Origin: Bugula neritina
Taxonomy: Eukaryota; Animalia; Bryozoa
Length of the DNA: 64,000 nucleotides
NCBI GenBank assembly: GCA_964035545.1
Contig: OZ037768.1
Span: forward strand, 24,647,319-24,711,318
Reading direction: 5' to 3'
This document shows positions 56,401 through 64,000 of the stretch, in pieces. The notes under the pieces are model-generated. The model was not told the DNA's origin and did not search any database. It saw only the letters and a list, made by a program, of their open reading frames with translations. A program made the translations under genes and the position numbers. Every line of letters begins with the position of its first letter. Position 1 is the first letter of the stretch.

Positions 56401-57163
56401 GTGGACAAAGGCTGGGAAAAATGTTGAGGGAAATTTGTGATTTCTACTTTTAGACCTACTTATAAATGTCTATATCTGAACCATTTTTCTAGACTGAGCC
56501 TTAAAATTTGATGTGGGGAATATTTGAAATTTTTTTCAAAATTTACAAAAATTTGCCCATATTCAATGGCTTAGCATATATGCACACAAGGTATTCTGTA
56601 GTATGTGTTGCTACTAGTGCAAGTTGATAGGTATTATCAAATCGCACAGCAAATTTTAAGACTCAGTCTAAAAAAATGGTTGAGACATAGCTGGGTTTAT
56701 AAATTGGTCTAAAAGTAGAAATCACAAATTTTCCTTTAAGTTTTTTCCAACCTTTGTCCACAAATGTAGTCATTTCTCAAAAAGTTTTTTGTTGGGCCAA
56801 AAATATTTAAGAAGAGTAATCAAGACACATGTAGGTCTATTTGGTGTAATATGAACAAACTCTGAGACACAAAGGCACAGGTCCATTTGGTGAGTTAGCA
56901 TGGAATGACCCTATACGATATTGACTTAATCTGAACTTGTTATTTAACAGTAGATATGGTAGGAAAAGAATGATTTTTTCAAGATTTAAAAGTTTGAAGT
57001 AATTGACATGTAATTATAAAGTAATTGTAAAATTCAATTACATTAGCAATGTAATTAATTACAATTACATTTTTATACATCAATTACAAATTACATTCAA
57101 TTACTTGAAAAAATGTAATTAATTACAACCAATTACAATTACAAATTACAATTACTCCAACCC

Positions 57164-57244
<81 letters not shown>

Positions 57245-60200
57245 CTAGTAGTAGTAGTAATAGTAGTAACAGTCGCAGTAGTACTAGTAGTAGTAGTAGT
57301 AGTAGTAGTAGCAGTAGTAGTAGTAGTAGTAGTAGTAGTAGCCTCAGTACCTTAGGTTTGTACGAGTATGCTGAACTCTTGAGGTCATTGATGACCTGTT
57401 CACTGGACTCAGGCAGCGTGTCAGGGTCGGCAGCCAAGGCAGACAGGTGGTCTACTATCTCCTGCAGGTGTGCCACCTCATTCACCATGGCCATCTCGGA
57501 GTCCTGCAGGCAGATAATCAGAGTGTTTATAGAGACGGAGAAATAGACAAAGAGAGGGGGGCAACTTTACACTCACACAGTACACACTGACAGAGTGACA
57601 CAGTACACACTGACAGAGTGACACAGTACACACTGACAGAGTGACACAGTACACACTGACAGAGTGACACAGTACACACTGACAGAGTCACACAGTACAT
57701 ACTGACAGAGTCACACAGTACACACTGACAGAGTCACACAGCACACACTGACAGAGTCACACAGTACACACTGACAGAGTCACACAGTACACACTGACAG
57801 AGTCACACAGTACACACTGACAGAGTCACACAGTACACACTGACAGAGTCACAGAGTACACACTGACAGAGTCACAGAGTACACACTGACAGAGTCACAG
57901 AGTGCACACTGACAGAGTCACACAGTACACACTGACAGAGTCACACAGTACACACTGACAGAGTCACACAGTACACAACTGACAGAGTCACACAGTACAC
58001 ACTGACAGAGTCACACAGTACGCACTGACAGAGTCACACAGTACACGGAATAATGGATTGATTAGGAGATAGTTTGACACGGATATCTTGGTAGAAAAGT
58101 GTTGTGAAGAGAGATGTGCAGACACACAGACAGACACACATATGGACACACAGACAGAGACAGGAACTCACCACAACAGGTCTTAGGAAGCAGATGAAGT
58201 CACAGAAATGTTTCCTTTCTTCAACTAAGGCTTTCCTTACATAACTTTTCTCCATGTTTTCTAATGCTTTATATTTGTCAGTGACACCCAGCATAGCTGA
58301 TTCAAGCTGTTCACGTGTATCACCTTTACCTACAGTCAACACCCATAGAGTATGTAACACATGATAATACAGTCAACACCCATAGAGTATGTAGCATATA
58401 AAAATAATTGATTGAAAACTGGAAATGAAGTTGTCATCCCCATTTATTAGGCTAATGAAAGCATTGGATTAGGAGAAGCTGTTAGCACCCACAAGGAGGT
58501 GGGATGGAGCTGGCCACCTGAGAGTTAATAGTAAATGTGTCTGGGAAATCTGTTAGTATAATGAGCCAACGGCATTGGGTATAGCAGAGTGGGTATAGCA
58601 GAGTGAGTATAGCAGAGTGGGTATAGCAGAGTGAGTATAGCAGAGTGAGTATAGCAGGGTGAGTATAGCAGGGTGAGTATAGCAGAGTGAGTATAGCAGA
58701 GTGAGTATAGCAGGGTGAGTATAGCAGAGTGAGTATAGCAGAGTGAGTATAGCAGAGTGAGTATAGCAGAGTGAGTATAGCAGAGTGAGTATAGCAGAGT
58801 GAGTATAGCAGAGTGAGTATAGCAGAGTGAGTATAGCAGAGTGAGTATAGCAGAGTGAGTATAGCAGAGTGAGTATAGCAGAGTGGGTATAGCAGAGTGG
58901 GTATAGCAGAGTGGGTATAGCAGAGTGGGTATAGCAGAGTGGGTATAGCAGAGTGAGTATAGCAGAGTGAGTATAGCAGAGTGAGTATAGCAGAGTGAGT
59001 ATAGCAGAGTGAGTATAGCAGAGTGGGTATAGCAGAGTGGGTATAGCAGAGTGAGTATAGCAGAGTGAGTATAGCAGAGTGAGTATAGCAGAGTGAGTAT
59101 AGCAGAGTGAGTATAGCAGAGTGAGTATAGCAGAGAGGACATGGGCGAGAGAGAGAGCTGGAGAGTAGCTCACAGCAAGCAGAGGCGTGAATTGTATTAC
59201 TTACACTGACTGATGACTATCACTAGCAGGTACTATTAGTTAGAAGTAGTAGCAGAGCAGCAACTTACAGTATGTTGTTTTACCTTTGCGGCTTTTCTTC
59301 TGCAGTTTGAGGGTGTCAGAAGACGCCCTTTTGATATCACCTCTAACTTTCTTGTAGTCTACAGAAATAGACGGTATGCGTCAGTATGTAGTATGTGTCA
59401 GTATATAGTATGTGTCAGTATACAGTATGTGTCAGTATATAGTATGAGTCAGTATACAGTATGTGTTAGTATATAGTATGCGTCGGTATACAGTATGTGT
59501 CAGTATATAGTATGCGTCAGTATACAGTATGTGTCAGTATACAGTATGTGTCAGTATATAGTATGTGTCAGTATACAGTATGTGTCAGTATATAGTATGT
59601 GTCAGTATATAGTATGTGTCGGTATATAGTATGTGTCGGTATACAGTATGTGTCAGTATATAGTATGCGTCAGTATACAGTATGTGTCAGTATACAGTAT
59701 GTGTCAGTATATAGTATGTGTTAGTATATAGTATGCGTCAGTATGTAGTATGTGTCAGTATATAGTATGTGTCAGTATATAGTATGTGTCAGTATACAGT
59801 ATGTGTCAGTATATAGTATGTGTCAGTATATATTATGTGTCAGTATATAGTATGTGTCAGTATATAATATGTGTCAGTATATAGTATGTATCAAACATAT
59901 AGTCACACTAAGAGTGAAAGCATGAAGACCTGCAACCAAATGCTAACCATTGCTATATTAACCAATGCTATACTAATCATTGCTATTCTAATCATTGCTA
60001 TGCTAACCAATGCTATGCTAACTAATGTTATGCTAACCATTGCTATGCTAACTAATGTTGAGCTAACCATTCTAGAGTTGTGTGTATTACACACACACAA
60101 GGTATTACTAGTTATTGGTAGCTCTGATAAATTAATAACAAACCTATTGTATTGTTTAATTGTACCGCTCATTAGCAAAATAATGGAGCACACAGCTGGC

Positions 60201-63200
60201 TGGCTTCAGGCAGGCGGGTGTATAATTATACAGGGTATACTTATACACATATACTATTATACAGAGTATACTTATACACATATATTACTATAGAGAGTAT
60301 ACTTATACACATATATTACTATACAGAGTATACTTATACACATATATTATTATACAGAGTATACTTATACACATATATTATCATACAGAGTATACTTATA
60401 CACATATATTATTATACAGAGTATACTTATACACATATATTACTATACAGAGCATATGCATATATTATGTAGGGACACCTTTAGCATGGTCTTTATCTAT
60501 TGTCACAGTGTTTCTTTTCCAATCTTCTAACTTTTCTTGCAGAGGAACAGCTAATTCTTCTAGCAAAGAACTACAAACCAACCATATATATATAACGATA
60601 GAGTAGTTAGAGAGAGAGAGAGAGTTGATATAGTATATATAATGATAGAGTAGTTAGGCTGCTAGCTCAGGTGGACATGAAATGAAGATGTAAGAAATAA
60701 TTGAGAGGAGAGAATGAGAGAGGAAATAGTTGAGTGACACGGCATTTAGCAGGCACGTATGCTGGTATATATACTGTGTATTGTAGTAGATATATACTGT
60801 GTATTGTAGTAGATGTATACTGTGTATTGTAGTAGATATATACTGTGTATTGTAGTAGATATATACTGTGTATTGTAGTAGATGTATACTGTGTATTGTA
60901 GTAGATGTATACTGTGTATTGTAGTAGATATATACTGTGTATTGTAGTAGATATATACTGTGTATTGTAGTAGATATATACTGTGTATTGTAGTAGATAT
61001 ATACTGTGTATTGTAGTAGATATATACTGTGTATTGTAGTAGATATATACTGTGTATTGTAGTAGATGTATACTATGTATTGTAGTAGATATATACTGTG
61101 TATTGTAGTAGATGTATACTGTGTATTGTAGTAGTAGATGTATACTGTGTATTGTAGTAGATATATACTGTGTATTGTAGTAGATATATACTGTGTATTG
61201 TAGTAGATATATACTGTGTATTGTAGTAGATATATACTGTGTATTGTAGTAGATATATACTGTGTATTGTAGTAGATATATACTATGTATTGTAGTAGAT
61301 ATATACTGTGTATTGTAGTAGATATATACTATGTATTGTAGTAGATGTAGTATATTGATATGGGTGGAGAGAAAAGCAAGGGGAGTATGTTAAAGGGGGA
61401 GTGTAGTACACAGGGGGAGTGTAGTACACAGGGGGGAGTGCAGTACACAGGGGGGAGTGTAGTACACAGGGGGAATGTAGTACACAGGGGGGAGTGTAGT
61501 ACACAGGGGAGAGTGTAGTACACAGGGGGGAGTGTAGTACACAGGGGAGAGTGTAGTACACAGGGGAGAGTGTAGTACACAGGGGGAGGGGAGTGTAGTA
61601 CACAGGGGGGAGTGTAGTACACAGGGGGGGGGGGAGTGTAGTACACAGGGGGGAGTGTAGTACGCAGGGGGGGGGGGAGAGTGTAGTACACGGGGGGGGG
61701 GGAGGGATATAGAGAAAGTGAGTGGCTTTTATTGATCTGATTTTAACTTTGATTTGACATCAGCTATAGACGGTATGAAATCTGGTGTGATTGAGATGAG
61801 ATTAATTAGGTGTGGAGCTGGGAGAGAGGAGTGGAGCTGGGAGAAAGGTGTGGAGCTGGGAGACAGGTGTGGAGTTAGGAGAGAGAGGTGTGGAGCTGGG
61901 AGAGAGGTGTGGAGCTGGGAGAGAGGTGTGGAGCTGGGAGACAGGTGTGGAGATGGGAGAGAGGTGTGGAGCTGGGAGAGAGATGTGTGGAGCTGGGAGA
62001 GAGATGTGGAGATGGGAGAGAGGTGTGGAGCTAGGAGAGAGGTGTGGAGCTGGGAGAGAGGTGTGGAGCTGGGAGACAGGTGTGGAGTTAGGAGAGAGAG
62101 GTGTGGAGCTAGGAGAGGTGTGGAGCTAGGAGAGAGGTGTGGAGCTGGGAGAGAGGTGTGGAGCTGGGAGAGAGGTGTGGAGCTGGGAGAGAGGTGTGGA
62201 GCTGGGAGAGAGAGGTGTGGAGCTGGGAGAGAGGTGTGGAGCTAGGAGAGAGATGTGGAAGGTATACTAAACAGACTTCCCCAGACCTACTGGTGAGATT
62301 ATCTGGTGACCAGAAGAGAGCCATCATAATGCGACTAAAAGGAAGATTAGTGAATGAGCTTAACAGAGATGTACTTAGTATATGGTAGTTAGTATCTAGT
62401 AGTTAGTATGTAGTAGTTAGTATGTAGTAGTTAGTATGTAGTAGTTAGTATGTAGTAGTTAGTATATAGTAGCTAGTATGTAGTAGTTAGTATGCAGTAG
62501 TTAGTATGTAGTAGTTAGTATATAGTAGTTAGTATGTAGTAGTTAGTATATAGTAGTTAGTATATAGTAGTTAGTATGTAGTAGTTAGTATGTAGTAGTT
62601 AGTATGTAGTAGTTAGTATGTAGTAGTTAGTATGTAGTAGTTAGTATGTAGTAGTTAGTATGTAGTAGTTAGTATGTAGTAGTTAGTATGTAGTAGTTAG
62701 TATGTAGTAGTTAGTATATAGTAGTTAGTATGTAGTAGTTAGTATGTAGTAGTTAGTATGTAGTAGTTAGTATGTAGTAGTTAGTATGTAGTAGTTAGTA
62801 TGTAGTAGTTAGTATATAGTAGTTAGTATATAGTAGTTAGTATGTAGTAGCTAGTATGTAGTAGTTAGTATGTAGTAGTTAGTATATAGTAGTTAGTATG
62901 TAGTAGTTAGTATGTAGTAGTTAGTATATAGTAGTTAGTATGTAGTAGTTAGTATGTAGTAGTTAGTATGTAGTAGTTAGTATGTAGTAGTTAGTATGTA
63001 GTAGTTAGTATGTAGTAGTTAGTATGTAGTAGTTAGTATGTAGTAGTTAGTATGTAGTAGGTGGTGCGGAAAGGGTGGAGGTGAAGGGGAGGGGGAGGGG
63101 GAGGGGGAGGGGGAGGGGGAGGGAGAGGTGAAGGGGGAGGTGGAGGGGGAGGTGAAGGGGGAGGGGGAGGGGGAGGGAGAGGTGAAGGGAGAGGGGAGGG

Positions 63201-63854
63201 GAGGGGGAGGGGGAGGTGGAGGTGGTGATGGAGTACAAGTATGAATGGTAGGATAAACAGTGTAAACAGAAGAGTAGAACTCAGTAATTACTCTGTCAAG
63301 CGTGTAAACTATGCATTCACAGTATCATCAATATTATTATTATACAATAAACAGTGTGACAGGTGTCAGGGCATAGCACCTGTGGGCTGTGACCCCACTG
63401 TTATCTCAAGGTCACTTGTATTGCAGGTAAAGGAATGTTGACCTCAGGTTCTGTGAAACATCATGATACAGCAACATAGACAGTGTAGATATATAGGTGT
63501 AGATATATAGGTGTAGATATATAGATGTAGATATATAAGTGTAGATATATAGGTGTAGATATATAGGTGTAGATATATAGGTGTAGATATATAGGTGTAG
63601 ATATATAGGTGTAGATATATAGGTGTAGATATATAGGTGTAGATATATAGGTGTAGATATATAGGTGTAGATATGTAAGTGTAGATATATAGGTGTAGAT
63701 ATATAGATGTAGATATATAGGTGTAGATATATAGGTGTAGATATATAGGTGTAGATATAAAAGACTTACTTGGCATACACCTTCATCTTGCTTTCAATAC
63801 TTCTGTGCCTTAAGCAGAGCCTTGTGAGAGATTTACCGATTTCTTTGGTAGCAC
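44403..63854 (-). CDS. MTSS1: MTSS1/MIM-like I-BAR (IMD) + WH2 protein, 5'-partial. Exons 63854-63770, 60570-60479, 59358-59284, 58329-58172, 57503-57351, 55262-55131, 53506-53320, 52820-52641, 49849-49689, 47370-47199, 46696-46514, 45696-45430, 45010-44403
   Basis: IMD: GATKEIGKSLTRLCLRHRSIESKMK, LQEKLEDWKR..IDKDHAKDYKKVR..SSDTLKLQKK, VRKALVEERKHFCDFICFLRPVV, ADPDTLPESSEQVINDLK. Also TPPDSP, SSSGYGTTT, KPPPPVRRSSS and the C-terminal WH2 LLSQIHSGVRLKKTVNVNDRSAP. Phases are consistent. Confidence 0.92.
45050..46505. repeat. MTSS1 intronic repeats: 27-nt ATATTATACTGAATATATATGATATATAGT-type (45050-45415) and 13-nt TATAATATACAGAG-type (45710-46505)
   Basis: Visible periodicity. Confidence 0.9.
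47676..48915. repeat. 1.2-kb purine-rich repeat (GAGAT)m GAG; pyrimidine-rich on the MTSS1 sense strand
   Basis: Almost only G/A on the plus strand; source of the ISSLL/SSHL ORFs. Confidence 0.95.
49123..49241 (-). CDS. Putative alternative (duplicated) MTSS1 exon ARCRRYSTGSNIAAAVKEMEASTAALECLTDSD...
   Basis: Phase-0 acceptor ttacag|GCC; the peptide parallels exon 47370-47199 (ADAIKELEASTAALNDCL). The 3' boundary is uncertain. Confidence 0.55.
49268..49683. repeat. Intronic repeat CACTGAGTACTACTATCA (with or without CTGAGTACTA)
   Basis: Visible periodicity; palindromic AGTACT core. Confidence 0.92.
49831..52632. repeat. 36-nt repeat (about 77 copies) made of the MTSS1 3' splice site plus the first exon codons (minus: TCTCTGTATATTACAG|CTGAACCTATCTATATG[T/A]AC)
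   Basis: Visible periodicity; the terminal copy is the acceptor of exon 49849-49689. Confidence 0.96.
52840..54770. repeat. MTSS1 intronic repeats: 22-nt TAGAATATACTAGTGTTAGATG (52840-53310), 18-nt TATACTAACTATACAGT(G/A) (53535-54225), 20-nt TATAGAGTATACAGTATATG-type (54408-54770)
   Basis: Visible periodicity. Confidence 0.9.
55263..55690. repeat. 21-nt repeat (about 20 copies) copying the acceptor of MTSS1 exon 55262-55131 (minus: TATTCTCTAG|ACTCCTCCTCT)
   Basis: The real junction is TATTTTCTAG|ACGCCTCCTGA. Confidence 0.9.
55988..57165. mobile_element. Non-autonomous hAT-type element (ends CAGGGTTGGGGTCAATT / AATTACTCCAACCCTG; 8-bp flank AGTAGTAG) inserted in a (TAG)n tract
   Basis: Terminal inverted repeats, subterminal AATTAC arrays at both ends and matching 8-bp flanks. 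The TSD is ambiguous because the target is a microsatellite. Confidence 0.8.
56239..56913. mobile_element. Nested foldback MITE (Tc1/mariner-like, TA-flanked) with about 280-bp inverted arms
   Basis: TA|CAGGGTCAATCCATGCCAAATCA ... TGAGTTAGCATGGAATGACCCTA|TA; long internal arms are reverse-complementary. Confidence 0.75.
57166..57341. repeat. (TAG)n microsatellite
   Basis: Direct observation; source of the poly-Leu ORF extension. Confidence 0.95.
57575..59890. repeat. MTSS1 intronic repeats: 22-nt ACAGTACACACTGACAGAGTCAC-type (57575-58045), 15-nt GAGTATAGCAGAGT-type (58568-59135), 18-nt CAGTATATAGTATGTGT-type (59380-59890)
   Basis: Visible periodicity. Confidence 0.9.
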
Positions 63855-64000
63855 CTGCATGCAATAGAGTAATATAGTAAGTAATGTATGTGTTATATAG
63901 TAAGTATGTATGTGTTATATAGTAAGTATTGTATGTGTTATATAGTAAGTATGTATGTGTTATATAGTAAGTAATGTATGTGTTATATAGTAAGTAATGT
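60226..64000. repeat. MTSS1 intronic repeat mosaic: 30-nt (60226-60450), 23-nt (60765-61345), G-rich 18-nt (61395-61690), GGTGTGGAGCTGGGAGAGA (61810-62255), 14-nt TAGTAGTTAGTATG (62385-63060), G/A tract (63060-63230), 14-nt GTGTAGATATATAG (63483-63758), about 24-nt (63875-64000)
   Basis: Visible periodicities. Confidence 0.88.

Overview
AT-rich, intron-rich eukaryotic (invertebrate animal) genomic DNA. Almost all long ORFs in the supplied track are translations of intronic or intergenic tandem repeats. Assembling exons by hand from GT-AG boundaries and reading phase gives six loci: (1) ASPHD-type 2OG/Fe(II) hydroxylase (+, 2 exons, one 6.3-kb minisatellite intron); (2) a shortened, divergent kinesin-1 heavy-chain paralogue (-, 14 coding exons, 744 aa); (3) an unrecognised 308-aa coiled-coil gene with 15 exons, 12 of them consecutive symmetric phase-1 exons (+); (4) an atypical dual-specificity phosphatase (+, 3 exons); (5) a DEG/ENaC channel pseudogene (+); (6) most of an MTSS1/MIM I-BAR + WH2 gene (-, 5' end beyond the window). 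Mobile DNA includes two hAT-type elements with 8-bp TSDs, several MITEs and a Gypsy relic. Highlights: a tandem pair of minimal type-I hammerhead ribozymes, 271 nt apart, in a retrozyme/Penelope-like element inside the DUSP intron; an MTSS1 intron holding 77 tandem copies of its own 3' splice site plus EPIYM codons, 73 of them in frame; a window-wide pattern of intron-specific minisatellites built from or next to splice sites; and the microexon coiled-coil gene. All gene models are manual and unvalidated by RNA data.
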